DNA from: a virus | Lineage: Duplodnaviria > Caudoviricetes | DNA: 55,820 bases | IMG/VR virus record: IMGVR_UViG_3300012349_000007 | Span: 1 to 55,820 of that record | Direction: 5' to 3' (one strand) | In this document: in pieces, positions 20,090-29,456 of the stretch | Layout of the letters: each line of letters starts with the position of its first letter | Numbering within the stretch: the first letter of the stretch is position 1 | The notes under the pieces: model-generated | The model's input: only the letters and a program-made list of their open reading frames with translations | Told to the model about the DNA's origin: nothing | The model's database searches: none | Translations under genes and position numbers: made by a program

Positions 20090-20491
20090 CTAATATCGGC
20101 TGTTCATCACAAAAATGCGTGTCGCATCGACGGCATAGCCAATAGGCGTGGTGCCGCCGGTGGAGGCAGCATCAGCAATGCCACCGACAACGGTGCCACT
20201 GAGGTAGTAGTCCGCGCCTGGGGTGAGACCGGAGCCGTACTGAAGCACGACGTGATACACAAGGGTGAGTGGTTCACCTGCATTCGCTTTGGTGGGGGCA
20301 AAACCGCGCACTTTGGCGGCGGCGGCAACGGCAGCGCCTGTGGAGCGCCAGATTAAGCCGTCATTTTTTATATAACATGCATCTCCGGCCGCCACTGCTT
20401 CTCCGGTTAAAAGCGTGGGCGCTTTCTGGCTGCCTGGGTCGATGCCGACTGAGGACACGCTGGGCGTGCCACTCTTGGATATCTCGGCCAA
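20090..20491 (-). CDS. capsid cement or decoration protein
   Basis: TGEAVAAGDACYI...GLTPGADYYLS...IGYAV pattern, adjacent to capsid gene. Confidence 0.7.
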   Translation of the reverse strand: MAEISKSGTPSVSSVGIDPGSQKAPTLLTGEAVAAGDACYIKNDGLIWRSTGAAVAAAAKVRGFAPTKANAGEPLTLVYHVVLQYGSGLTPGADYYLSGTVVGGIADAASTGGTTPIGYAVDATRIFVMNSRY

Positions 20492-20556
20492 TGGAATACA
20501 TCCTTTCCCGCTTGTAAAGAGCGGTCAAAAGGGACAATGTTTAGTTGTTGCGCTAG

Positions 20557-21156
20557 CTACAGACCGTACGAGCGTTGGCGTACAAACGATTGTCTGTTTC
20601 TCTGGTCAGCATCGGCTTGCGTGCCTGCGCGATTAGCAGCAGGCGGATTAGGCCGATTGCCAGGAAGCGTTGCGCGTGCCTGCGTCTGAAGCTTTTCGAG
20701 CAATGTTTGTGAGCGGTCGTACCAATCTTGCAATTGGTCAACGTCGGCGTCATCACCAGGATAGAAGGCTTTGATCTCAGCGGGCCAATCTTTGGTTGCC
20801 GTTTGGATCTGCTTCCTGATCTTGGCTGCCAGGGCTTCAAATCGCGCTGCAGTCGGCTCTAGCTCTTTGGCGCGTGCCTCGTGCTGCTCAGCAAGCTTCT
20901 TGTATTCGCCTTGCTCTTTCAAGCGTTGCTGTTCAGTGGCCTGTGCTGCTGCTTCTTGCTCTTTGCGCTCCTTGCGATACTTTTGATTGTCGGCAAGGTA
21001 CTCAGCATTTTTGCTTTGCAATTCAGCAAGTTGACGCTGCAACTCAGCGATGGAGGGAGGACTCGTATCCCCTTGGGATGTCGAGGTGGCCCCATGGGCC
21101 GGAGGTGTACCTGTGCCTGCCCCTTGGGCCGGGTCGGTACCTGGGTTCGTTGTCAT
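20557..21156 (-). CDS. capsid scaffolding protein
   Basis: Coiled coil with EQGEYKKLAE and low complexity ends, upstream of capsid. Confidence 0.8.
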   Translation of the reverse strand: MTTNPGTDPAQGAGTGTPPAHGATSTSQGDTSPPSIAELQRQLAELQSKNAEYLADNQKYRKERKEQEAAAQATEQQRLKEQGEYKKLAEQHEARAKELEPTAARFEALAAKIRKQIQTATKDWPAEIKAFYPGDDADVDQLQDWYDRSQTLLEKLQTQARATLPGNRPNPPAANRAGTQADADQRNRQSFVRQRSYGL

Positions 21157-21205
21157 AAGCTTACGTGTCCTTCGTTAGAAAGTCAATGATATTTCCCCAA
21201 CAGGT

Positions 21206-21493
21206 TTACGCTGTACCGATGGAGCTATCAACATAGAACCATCCAGGTTCTTTTTCTGCGACAATGAGATTAATCCTCCTGCCGTCCTTGAAGGTAAAGC
21301 GACATCCCGTTGCATCGCGCTTCGTGCCACCAATCCAGTTAATACGCATCGGGGTGAAGTCAACAGTAGCGACATCCTCAAATGACCATTGCTCCACAAG
21401 CACGATATGCCAGGTCAGGAACTGGATCAGCGGTATGTCCTTTGATACCCGGAAGTAGTCCAATACCGTGATGTTATAGGGTCTTGCTACCAT
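21206..21493 (-). CDS. hypothetical protein
   Basis: GAGG RBS, overlap with upstream gene. Confidence 0.55.
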   Translation of the reverse strand: MVARPYNITVLDYFRVSKDIPLIQFLTWHIVLVEQWSFEDVATVDFTPMRINWIGGTKRDATGCRFTFKDGRRINLIVAEKEPGWFYVDSSIGTA

Positions 21494-21806
21494 CGGTTGT
21501 TACCTCGGTCGTTGGTACCGTCTCGAACGCCGTGATGTTCAGGGACACATCCTCACCCTCTACAGTAGCGGTATGTGTCACCGGCTCACGGTTCTCATCG
21601 GCAACGACATTGCCACGCTCATTGATCTCGTAGTAGGTGATCTCAGCCTTGTTGACCTGACTGGCATCCATGGAGATGACCATGCTCTTGATGCCGGTGA
21701 TTGCTTCGCCTGTGTCAGCATCACGTATCGTCACAAGATGGCCTGTCGGGTTGTCAGGCTGGCCTTCGATGTGGATACGTCGTTTGAAGTCTGATGTCAT
21801 GTTCAT
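21474..21806 (-). CDS. hypothetical protein, tandem paralog of 21803-22105
   Basis: KRRIHIEG...DADTGE...NKAEI...LNITAFE. Confidence 0.75.
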   Translation of the reverse strand: MNMTSDFKRRIHIEGQPDNPTGHLVTIRDADTGEAITGIKSMVISMDASQVNKAEITYYEINERGNVVADENREPVTHTATVEGEDVSLNITAFETVPTTEVTTDGSKTL

Positions 21807-22105
21807 GATTTATTTCCTTCCTGTCGTAAACTATCTTCCCACTCTTTCACGGCTTCAATGACTTGTGCAAGTTGTGACTTTGGCTCAATCTCTTGCTCTA
21901 CATAAGCCGTTACATCAAGTTCAAAGTCGTCTATCTGAGTAGTGCCGTTAATCACAGCAGTATTTTCCTGATTTGCTCGTAAGACGACAATGACCGTGTG
22001 AACCTCTTGTATCATTTCGCCTGTATCGATATCGTGTACCGTCATCATGTAGCCTTTGGTCTCGCCTGGCTTGCCTTGGATGCGTACACGTCGTTTATTG
22101 TCCAT
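21803..22105 (-). CDS. hypothetical protein, tandem paralog of 21474-21806
   Basis: KRRVRIQG...DIDTGE...NTAVI...LDVTAYVE. Confidence 0.75.
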   Translation of the reverse strand: MDNKRRVRIQGKPGETKGYMMTVHDIDTGEMIQEVHTVIVVLRANQENTAVINGTTQIDDFELDVTAYVEQEIEPKSQLAQVIEAVKEWEDSLRQEGNKS

Positions 22106-22291
22106 CTTTGCCTTTCTCGCTACCTTGTTCTCTCAAAAGTACGCTCCGATTGCCATGCAGATACATCACGCGCTTCTCAGGTGGCAACTCGTGATGCAAG
22201 ATCGTGCGGAGCGACCAATTCCACAGCCGGTTGTGCTGCAATCCAGTGTGAAGGTCGAGCAGCCAACACACGAATTGCGCGAGACGGTATT

Positions 22292-22507
22292 TTAGCATGG
22301 TTGCTTATTTCCCTGATTTTCGATTGCATCACATCTAACCGTGTAGGATTGCCCACAATGCTCACACGTAATCGTGCATGGATTGCTTATGAACTCACAA
22401 CGCATTTTTTCATGGCACACAAGGCAATCGGTGCTAAATACCACTTTTGGCCGGAGAAGCCGCTGAATTTCACCCTCCGCAAGTAGCTCATACTTGTCTT
22501 TCAGCAT
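22292..22507 (-). CDS. Zn-ribbon microprotein
   Basis: CLVC...CEHC. Confidence 0.65.
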   Translation of the reverse strand: MLKDKYELLAEGEIQRLLRPKVVFSTDCLVCHEKMRCEFISNPCTITCEHCGQSYTVRCDAIENQGNKQPC

Positions 22508-22671
22508 CCACTCACCTTGCTATTGTGCGCTCCCAGCTTCTTTGCGTGCTGCATTCCCTTCATCGTGCTCTTTTGCGCAACTTTGGAGGTCACGCTCTTG
22601 GGAGGCGTAGCGCCGGTGTTGTAGTTGATTTGCCCTTTGAAGGCTTTCATGTCCTGGGGTTGATTGGCCAT
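22501..22671 (-). CDS. small Lys-rich protein (56 aa, not in ORF track)
   Basis: AAGGAG RBS, MANQPQDMKAFKG...HAKKLGAHNSKVSGC, overlaps neighbours at both ends. Confidence 0.5.
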   Translation of the reverse strand: MANQPQDMKAFKGQINYNTGATPPKSVTSKVAQKSTMKGMQHAKKLGAHNSKVSGC

Positions 22672-22816
22672 TAGGGTTGCTCCTTCTGTCGTAGTATTTT
22701 CATCGTTGGTTGCTCATCGGCTTGCCGTTTCCATTTCACAGTCAGCGCGCTGGTGATCTGCGAGTTCACCACCAGCACGGTAAAGCAAATGAGCACGGTG
22801 ATTACAATGTGTTCGA

Positions 22817-23041
22817 TCATAGTTTCTCCTCAATTCGCCAGCAATCCGGGTGATCTTCCGCGCTAACCTGGAACGTCACGAGCTTCTGTTCAGGAAATAT
22901 CTGGTACACGCTCACCTCGTAGTGCTGCGCGTCGATCATCTGTGTTGAAGCCAACCGAAACGGGATGTTTTGCCGCTGGAGGTACAGACAGATTGCGCTC
23001 ACAGCCTCGCCCATGTTCATTGGTGCTTCAACGACTTGCAT
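22817..23041 (-). CDS. hypothetical protein
   Basis: AAGGA RBS, coupled to neighbours. Confidence 0.55.
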   Translation of the reverse strand: MQVVEAPMNMGEAVSAICLYLQRQNIPFRLASTQMIDAQHYEVSVYQIFPEQKLVTFQVSAEDHPDCWRIEEKL

Positions 23042-23240
23042 CTATTTTCCTTTTTTCTTCCTTACTCCACGTGCCATAGCGACGGTCATACTCTGCTGCA
23101 AAGATTGAGCGAAGCTGATTATCAGAAAGCCCCTCATCGTGCTTTTTGATGAGCAGATCAACTATCCAATCTTGCCATACTGGAAGGCTCATCCCTCGAT
23201 CTGAGTCTTTATGAAACGGCGTATCTGCAACTGATGACAT
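23028..23240 (-). CDS. hypothetical protein
   Basis: Starts immediately after the portal stop. Confidence 0.55.
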   Translation of the reverse strand: MSSVADTPFHKDSDRGMSLPVWQDWIVDLLIKKHDEGLSDNQLRSIFAAEYDRRYGTWSKEEKRKIDASR

Positions 23241-24914
23241 CTATTTTCCTTCCTTGCTTACTACCACAGGCTCCTGATTACCTGCCTGATCTGGCGGTGC
23301 TTGCTGCTGTTTGGCCTGTGCAATTTGCAACGCCTTATCCTGTTGCACCTGCTGCTGCTGATTGGCTTTCTCTTGCAACGTTTGCAATTCGCCTATCTCC
23401 TCATCTGTCCAGCCCTCGTCCTTGAGCACCAATTCCAGCGGCACGCCCGCCGTAGCAGCAGCTTGCACACCGAGCCACAGTGCTTGCTTCTCTTGGGCAA
23501 TCTCCATCTTCGTGGGCCTGAGCAATGGCCTGGGCATAATCGCCATGTCCAGATCGCCTCTTGTGTACGAGTCCAAGTTGAACGGCGTGAACTTCTGCTG
23601 CTGTCTGTTCAACGTCCCCCACGCACCGGAATTGGCACGGAAGCCCGCAATCGCTACAGCCATCTGGAACAGCTTAATATTGGCCTGATCGTATGAGGCA
23701 GCAGCTTCGGCAAACCTGGAATTGACATCTCCTACCAGACGTTCAGCAGCCGGACCAGTGACCTGGGACATACTTCGAAGCTCTTTGTAAAACACGAGCT
23801 CAGGGTGGTCTTGCTCCAACTCTTGAAGCAACATCGTCATGTACTGAATGGAATCGGACAAAGACAGGCTCCCAGCGAGGCTTTCCACGTGCGTATCTGC
23901 TGGGCCTCCGAGCATCAGCACGCTTTCCTCATCGCCTGTTGGGTAGGTGAGGTCTGTGGTTGCCCCGCGCTTGGGCTGAGAGAACAGATTACCCACCTTG
24001 CCAGAACTCGCAATCACCAGTGGCGCGCCGATAACCTTGTGGATTTGGTCATGGACATGGGAAGCCAAGTTATTGAGCTCGTCAATTTTGCCGATAGAGC
24101 CAGCGATGCATGGGCTACCATGGGTACCGCCAATGTCAGTGTGCTTTATCCACACAGCAGGTACGAAGCCGTACGGGTTCTCAACGACCGAATTCCCATC
24201 GTAGCCAAATGGAGCGCCGTCTTTGAAGTAGCGGAACTGACGATCGTCCACCTCTTTGCGGTAGATGTAGGAGGTCAGTTCATCACGCGCTTGATATTCC
24301 AGCGCATAGGCTTTGACATTGCCCGCTGGGTCAAGCTTGATCTCATTTACAAACCCTGGCCACTGGACTTCAGCACTCACTGTGCCATTGTCCACGTCGT
24401 CAACCACTTCGATGAGGACAGAACCAAGAGCGGCACCGTAGCGCACTTGCACCGATTTGCGGGCTTGCCAGTTCGACCACTGCCAGAACTGGGCTACAGC
24501 GTCTTTCAGGGCAAGCGGCGTGTCCTGCGAGAATGGCACAGCCAATTGCACACCATCGGGCAACATGGCACCGTCTTCAGAGAGCACACCTGGATAGATT
24601 TGGCCTGCGTAGAAGTCCACGAGGCGGCGCGTGGGATTGTAGATCAAGCGGATATTGCGGTAGAGGTTGTAATTCTGCTTGTAGAGCTGCCAACCGTTCG
24701 CGGAGACTTGCCACGTGGTGTTGAGGTTGCCATTGAAGATGGAAGCCACTTTCTCGAACATGGCCCCGTTGTAGTACGCCCACAACAGGTTATACATGCT
24801 GTACTGGTTGAGGTACAAGCCCTCTTGATGCGCTTGACTTGGATCCTCGAATACTCTTCGTGCAGCGGTATAAGCTGCAATACTGGCGTTAATCATCGTC
24901 CCTAAAAATCCCAT
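23241..24914 (-). CDS. portal protein (SPP1 gp6-like)
   Basis: 557 aa after terminase; ENPYGFVPAVWIKH motif; Q-rich tail. Confidence 0.85.
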   Translation of the reverse strand: MGFLGTMINASIAAYTAARRVFEDPSQAHQEGLYLNQYSMYNLLWAYYNGAMFEKVASIFNGNLNTTWQVSANGWQLYKQNYNLYRNIRLIYNPTRRLVDFYAGQIYPGVLSEDGAMLPDGVQLAVPFSQDTPLALKDAVAQFWQWSNWQARKSVQVRYGAALGSVLIEVVDDVDNGTVSAEVQWPGFVNEIKLDPAGNVKAYALEYQARDELTSYIYRKEVDDRQFRYFKDGAPFGYDGNSVVENPYGFVPAVWIKHTDIGGTHGSPCIAGSIGKIDELNNLASHVHDQIHKVIGAPLVIASSGKVGNLFSQPKRGATTDLTYPTGDEESVLMLGGPADTHVESLAGSLSLSDSIQYMTMLLQELEQDHPELVFYKELRSMSQVTGPAAERLVGDVNSRFAEAAASYDQANIKLFQMAVAIAGFRANSGAWGTLNRQQQKFTPFNLDSYTRGDLDMAIMPRPLLRPTKMEIAQEKQALWLGVQAAATAGVPLELVLKDEGWTDEEIGELQTLQEKANQQQQVQQDKALQIAQAKQQQAPPDQAGNQEPVVVSKEGK

Positions 24915-24918
24915 TCCA

Positions 24919-25272
24919 CTATCCTACCGACTTTACTACATCTTGATTTTCGTAGATATTACCGATGATTTCCACGTCATCGGCATAATCCCCATAGATG
25001 CCGTTGTCGCCACAAAAAGCATGGATATCCTCAATGTAGGTGAAATCCACACCGTTGCTATGCTGGACAATATCGCCCTCGTAGATATCCTTACCATTTT
25101 TGTCTTTCAGTCCAGTGAACTGCATGATCTCACCGCATAAAGCATCGAAATGCACCCATTCTTCACGCTCCTCATCCCAAATGATGCTACATGGGTCGCC
25201 AGGGCCAGCGAGCACCCGATCATACATTTTCTTGTGAGTCTTGCTCCACGCTCTGAATTTAATCTCTCTCAT
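24919..25272 (-). CDS. YopX family protein
   Basis: MREIKFRAW...MQFTGLKDKNGKDIYEGDIV...EIIGNIYEN. Confidence 0.95.
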   Translation of the reverse strand: MREIKFRAWSKTHKKMYDRVLAGPGDPCSIIWDEEREEWVHFDALCGEIMQFTGLKDKNGKDIYEGDIVQHSNGVDFTYIEDIHAFCGDNGIYGDYADDVEIIGNIYENQDVVKSVG

Positions 25273-25274
25273 CG

Positions 25275-26822
25275 CTAATATCCCACATAACTACGCAGCG
25301 CGTCGGCTGTTTCGCTGTCCATTGGCTCTACATCTTTGGCTTCCTTCACAATCGTGGCAATCATGCTCTGGTTATCCACCTGGTCATCGTGCGCATCCTT
25401 CGGAAACGTGTACAGTTCCTTGCGCCACGCTTCTAACCACGAGGCATTCTTGAGAAAATAGACATTGCCGAGCTTCATCCAGATAGCGGCGCTGCCAGCT
25501 CGAACCGTCTTATCCCCTTTGGGGTGAAACTCCTCGCAGGCCACGCCTTTCTCCAGCATGAATTGCCCAAAGGCCCCCTGATACGCTACATCCTCAAACC
25601 AGAACGATTGAAACCGGTCATCAAGGTACGCCAGATACACTTTGTACCCTTCCTCAATCTGCTTTGGAATGCGAAGATGAGCCCGAAAGACGTAGAGCAA
25701 CAGTATCTCTTTGGCAGGTGTCACCGCCCACACGCAAAATACCGTAAAATCGTTGTGTTCTTTGGCCTTGGCCGCTACATCGGAGGTCATAATGATCTTG
25801 CAGCCAGTCATGACCACCGGCTTAATGCCGTCTGGTGTTTCGAGGAGGTACAGATTTGCTTGATGATCGACGGTGAAGAGGCGTTCATATTGCGCTTCAA
25901 AGACAAAGCCGCCAGGTGGTACAGGGTTTTGCCCGTACAATGCTGAATACCCAAGTGGCCCATGACGGCGTTTCGCCTTCTCAATGACTTTTTCAGGAAA
26001 CCGTGCCTCCCACAGCAAATCACCCTCTTCTGTCCGTGGATCCGCCCACAATTCTTTGCCAGATGGTAAATATGTGCGACACGCTGTACCAGGATCATAT
26101 TCCGCGGGCAAGTTGAGATGCACCCATTCACCATCGTTGGTTTCGAGGATATGCCCGCTCACATCCTGTTGATGGATACGGTGCCCAACAACAACCATTG
26201 CACCAGATTGCTGATCGTTGAGACGCGTCGACCAGGTGTTATCAAACCAATCAATAGCTGCTTCGCGCTTCGCGTCACTCTCTTTTTCATCGATGTTGTG
26301 AAAATCATCTCCTATGAGGATGTCCCCACCTTCACCTGTAGTACTACTTCCCACAGAGGTAGCCATTCGATATCCAAACATAGTTGTCTCAAAACGCATT
26401 TTGGCGTCTTGATCTTTGGTCAATTGAAACAGCCCTCCATAGCGAGCCTGAAACCAGGGGGATTTAATCAAGCGACGGCTTTTGAGGTTATCCCGCGTGG
26501 CTAAATTCATCGCATAGGAGCCACACAGTAAGCGGATAGACGGGTCTCTGAGCAACAGCCAGGTTGTCCACAACACACTAATCAGTGAGCTCTTGCCATG
26601 ACGCGGTGGCATATTGACCAATAGCCGTTTGATATCACCACGGCTGACAGCTTCCAAATGCTCTGCAATCGCGTCCAGGTGCCAGCCAGGGACGAAGGGC
26701 TTCCCTGGTTCAATCACGTGCCAGGCCATACGCAAAAATAGCTTGAAATCAAAGCGTGCTGCATAGGCGTCGTATTCATCGAGAGGTGAGAGTGTTTCAG
26801 GCTTTCTGAGAAGAGTCAGCAT
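25275..26822 (-). CDS. terL: terminase large subunit
   Basis: Walker A NMPPRHGKS, ILIGDD Walker B, nuclease SDVA...HDDQVD. Confidence 0.95.
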   Translation of the reverse strand: MLTLLRKPETLSPLDEYDAYAARFDFKLFLRMAWHVIEPGKPFVPGWHLDAIAEHLEAVSRGDIKRLLVNMPPRHGKSSLISVLWTTWLLLRDPSIRLLCGSYAMNLATRDNLKSRRLIKSPWFQARYGGLFQLTKDQDAKMRFETTMFGYRMATSVGSSTTGEGGDILIGDDFHNIDEKESDAKREAAIDWFDNTWSTRLNDQQSGAMVVVGHRIHQQDVSGHILETNDGEWVHLNLPAEYDPGTACRTYLPSGKELWADPRTEEGDLLWEARFPEKVIEKAKRRHGPLGYSALYGQNPVPPGGFVFEAQYERLFTVDHQANLYLLETPDGIKPVVMTGCKIIMTSDVAAKAKEHNDFTVFCVWAVTPAKEILLLYVFRAHLRIPKQIEEGYKVYLAYLDDRFQSFWFEDVAYQGAFGQFMLEKGVACEEFHPKGDKTVRAGSAAIWMKLGNVYFLKNASWLEAWRKELYTFPKDAHDDQVDNQSMIATIVKEAKDVEPMDSETADALRSYVGY

Positions 26823-27277
26823 TAGCCCGTCCTCTCTTGTGCATCTTCAGCAAGTAACCGGCGTATCTCCATACGGGTGTGAGGCGAGAGCTTTTCGAGG
26901 GGGATCGTCAAACCTTCCTTGACTTCTGGTTCTTGTGGGGCAGTGGTCAGGACTTTGAGGTACTGAGCCAGGGCATCACTCAGCATTTTGTGATCTTTCA
27001 CTTCTAAGATTGTATCTCCCTGCAGATGTTGCGCTAACTGACTGAGACCGATACGCGCGATAGAAATAGCGTCTCCTGGCATAGGTAGAGGAAATGGTTT
27101 AGGGGCATGGGGTATTCTGTCCGCTGTCCGCTGTCCGTCCGCTGTCCGCTCTTGTGTCCACTGCTCGTTATATTTCCGTTCACCAATGACTGTTTTCGAG
27201 ATGCCATGCTTCACGGCAAGCGCACGCAAAGAGAGACCCTGTTCATAATCAATCCGAATTGCGCTCCAATCAGGCAT
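26822..27277 (-). CDS. terS: terminase small subunit
   Basis: N-terminal HTH DWSAIRIDYEQGLSLRALAVKHGIS directly upstream of terL. Confidence 0.8.
   Translation of the reverse strand: MPDWSAIRIDYEQGLSLRALAVKHGISKTVIGERKYNEQWTQERTADGQRTADRIPHAPKPFPLPMPGDAISIARIGLSQLAQHLQGDTILEVKDHKMLSDALAQYLKVLTTAPQEPEVKEGLTIPLEKLSPHTRMEIRRLLAEDAQERTG
27119..27162. repeat. GTCCGCT heptamer repeats inside terS, candidate pac site
   Basis: Four exact copies plus partial GTCC and variant GTCCACT. Confidence 0.5.
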
Positions 27278-27282
27278 CTTTT

Positions 27283-27666
27283 TTACGTTGCCTCCATAAT
27301 TCTCGGAGAAGGACTCGAACCTCCACCCACATGGTCAACAGCCATGCGCTCTACCTCTCTTGAGCTATCCGAGAGCGGTTCCTCTATCACGACGCACAGC
27401 GTATACTTCCGACCTGTCATGATGTATGCACAAAATTTGTGATGTCCATCGAGTAGCGCAAACATACCCGTATGAGTGTCTGATGGTACGACAAAGAGCA
27501 GTCCTGGATACTTATTTGGGTAATCGAGCAAAAGCTGAATATACTCCAACAGCTTCTCAACATATCTCTGTTGGAACTCTTTAATCTGAATACACTCTAA
27601 AGATATCCATCTGATACTCAACTTCGCATTTGCGCTAATCACTACATGCCACCTCGACACGTACAT
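27283..27666 (-). CDS. ParB/Srx-like nuclease domain protein; 3' end overlaps the tRNA
   Basis: ALLDGHHKF resembles the ParB-N DGHHR motif. Confidence 0.55.
   Translation of the reverse strand: MYVSRWHVVISANAKLSIRWISLECIQIKEFQQRYVEKLLEYIQLLLDYPNKYPGLLFVVPSDTHTGMFALLDGHHKFCAYIMTGRKYTLCVVIEEPLSDSSREVERMAVDHVGGGSSPSPRIMEAT
27300..27374 (-). tRNA. tRNA-Asn(GUU), CCA not encoded
   Basis: TCTCGGA/TCCGAGA acceptor stem, GCTC/GAGC D stem, CATGG-CTGTTGA-CCATG anticodon arm, GGAGG-TTCGAGT-CCTTC T arm. Confidence 0.9.
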
Positions 27667-27845
27667 TGCTCAACCGGCTTGAATGCAATCTTGAGCATTT
27701 CTGGATTGACAGGCTTGCGCACTGCTGCTGGGTCGCCATAGAAGGGATAGGACAGCGTGACCAGGAAGTCGCCCACGACCTTTTTGCAATGCGGGCACAC
27801 TGCGAGAGCAGGCCCAGATGTTACGCCAGCATGAATAATTTTCAC
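27642..27845 (-). CDS. small Cys-containing protein
   Basis: GGAG RBS; CPHC and CTC. Confidence 0.5.
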   Translation of the reverse strand: MKIIHAGVTSGPALAVCPHCKKVVGDFLVTLSYPFYGDPAAVRKPVNPEMLKIAFKPVEQCTCRGGM

Positions 27846-28126
27846 GGCTATCTATCTCCCTAGCATCACATGCACGATCATGAAGACGAGCAGCACGCGC
27901 CACGCCTCCACAGCGATGATAAAGGCCACAAAGTACACAGGGAACAGGCACAGGAATGACCAGCGATAGTGCAGCAGTTCTTTGTGCGTCATGACGGTGT
28001 ACCCACAGCTACAGACGAGAGGGAGTGTGAGGTAATTGGGTCTCACCACCTGATAGCCCCTCTCATTCGCCGGCGAATGAGCCATGATAAAACTTCCCAC
28101 ACAAAACTATCAGATGGCTCGATACA

Positions 28127-28156
28127 AGCATACAAGCCTGTTCGTCTTTAGGTCAA
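28127..28156 (-). promoter_or_regulatory. candidate promoter for the packaging and late operon
   Basis: TTGACC-N18-TATGCT. Confidence 0.4.
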
Positions 28157-28195
28157 TTGTTTGGTGGATGTGGTTAAATATTTGTTGGGGAAAAA

Positions 28196-28417
28196 TCACG
28201 CGATATCAGGCAAAATAGCCCTGATCTTCGCGCTTTCCATCTCGTTCAATCTCCACAATGGAGCTATGTACTGCCCATGCCATTGCCCCTGCTCGTCCCG
28301 TTTCGCAGCCCCTGCGTACCATCCACTGCGTTTACGGCTCAGATGCGGCGTCCATCCACAACGCCGGAGAATGCGTCGGAGGCGTGTTCTTGCCTCATCA
28401 AACTGTGCTTTGCTCAT
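28196..28417 (-). CDS. basic hypothetical protein
   Basis: GGAG RBS; Arg-rich, 73 aa. Confidence 0.55.
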   Translation of the reverse strand: MSKAQFDEARTRLRRILRRCGWTPHLSRKRSGWYAGAAKRDEQGQWHGQYIAPLWRLNEMESAKIRAILPDIA

Positions 28418-28718
28418 TTCCACGGCTCCCCACACGAAAAAATAGGTTCTATGGATGGTAACGAACGAGGGGACATGATTACAACCTATCGTGCTGTTGA
28501 CAGGATAGGCAAGAATGGCGATGCAAAGGGGATAGCAGTATGTTGTTGGGGTGTCTGGACGAGGATGGTCATCCTAGCGCGATTATGGGGCATATCGCTC
28601 ACGTGGGCGAATTGATGGAAGGGGGTAGGAGCCACGGTAGTAGTTTTGTAGTCAAGGAGTGCCAAACGGTTTGTTCGTAGGATGTGTCATGGCTCCTATG
28701 GGTAGAACGAACGAGAAA

Positions 28719-28789
28719 GGGTGACTGGCGGGATTTGCACCCGCGTTTCCAGGCGTCCCTGGCGATCTACTGGCTAAGCTACAGTCACC
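28719..28789 (-). ncRNA. tRNA-His-like RNA lacking an anticodon loop
   Basis: 8 bp acceptor GGTGACTG/CAGTCACC, CCAGG-GACG-CCTGG arm, GCGGG-TGCAAAT-CCCGC T arm; extended -10 TGCTATACT at 28850-28842. Confidence 0.7.
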
Positions 28790-28853
28790 AAAAAAGAAAG
28801 CGGTTGCATAACCTTGAGAACGCCGAGCTTTGGTCAATGGTAGTATAGCATAC

Positions 28854-29456
28854 TTATTTCAATTCCTGGACTTGAATAGTCCAAGGTACCCCTGCGTAGA
28901 CCTTGAGGTAGAAGCTCCCAGCGCCAGTATGCTCTTCTGTGCTGTCCGTACCCTTTTTACCAGCGGGAATAGTGGCATCTGTGCCGCTATCGACTAACGT
29001 TCCATCGCTTCCATAGACGGAGACGCCAAAGAAGGCTTCACTGTAGCTTGAAGCCTGGGCCGTCCAAATAAGTCTCCAATCGCCACTTGTCTGGAAGGTT
29101 GCTGTGGTCTTTTCCCCGCTGCCAGTAAAGGTATGCGTGGTAGTCCATTTTGCTGGCGGTGAAGTTGGCACAGGCGTATCAGTGGGTGTATTTGGGGTAG
29201 CAGTCGGCACCGGTGTGTCAGTTGGCGCAACGGCTGTAGCTCCTGCTGTTGTTGATGTTGTGACGCTTTTGTTCGCATTGCTGACTACCGAACAAATAAC
29301 GAGCACCAGCACAATCCCACCGATAATGAGCCATAAGCGTTTGCGTGATTTCTTTGGCGATGGAGGTTGCTGGTACGGTGGAGGCGGTGCATACATCGGG
29401 TACTGGGGCGGATAATACGTGTTTGGTTGTTGGGGTTGATCGGGTGGTTGTTGCAT
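28854..29456 (-). CDS. membrane-anchored Pro/Thr-rich surface protein (possible superinfection exclusion moron)
   Basis: P/Q/Y-rich N-terminus, TM helix, PT linker, beta-sandwich C-terminus; divergent from recombinase. Confidence 0.75.
   Translation of the reverse strand: MQQPPDQPQQPNTYYPPQYPMYAPPPPYQQPPSPKKSRKRLWLIIGGIVLVLVICSVVSNANKSVTTSTTAGATAVAPTDTPVPTATPNTPTDTPVPTSPPAKWTTTHTFTGSGEKTTATFQTSGDWRLIWTAQASSYSEAFFGVSVYGSDGTLVDSGTDATIPAGKKGTDSTEEHTGAGSFYLKVYAGVPWTIQVQELK

Noticed and set aside
23805-24905. 366 aa plus-strand ORF, and similar long ORFs opposite tail and capsid genes
   Set aside because: Antisense shadows of the portal and other structural genes, with no RBS or motifs
28719-28760. 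Cobalamin riboswitch suggested by GGTGCAAATCCC
   Set aside because: No B12 box or other core elements; the cloverleaf explains the sequence
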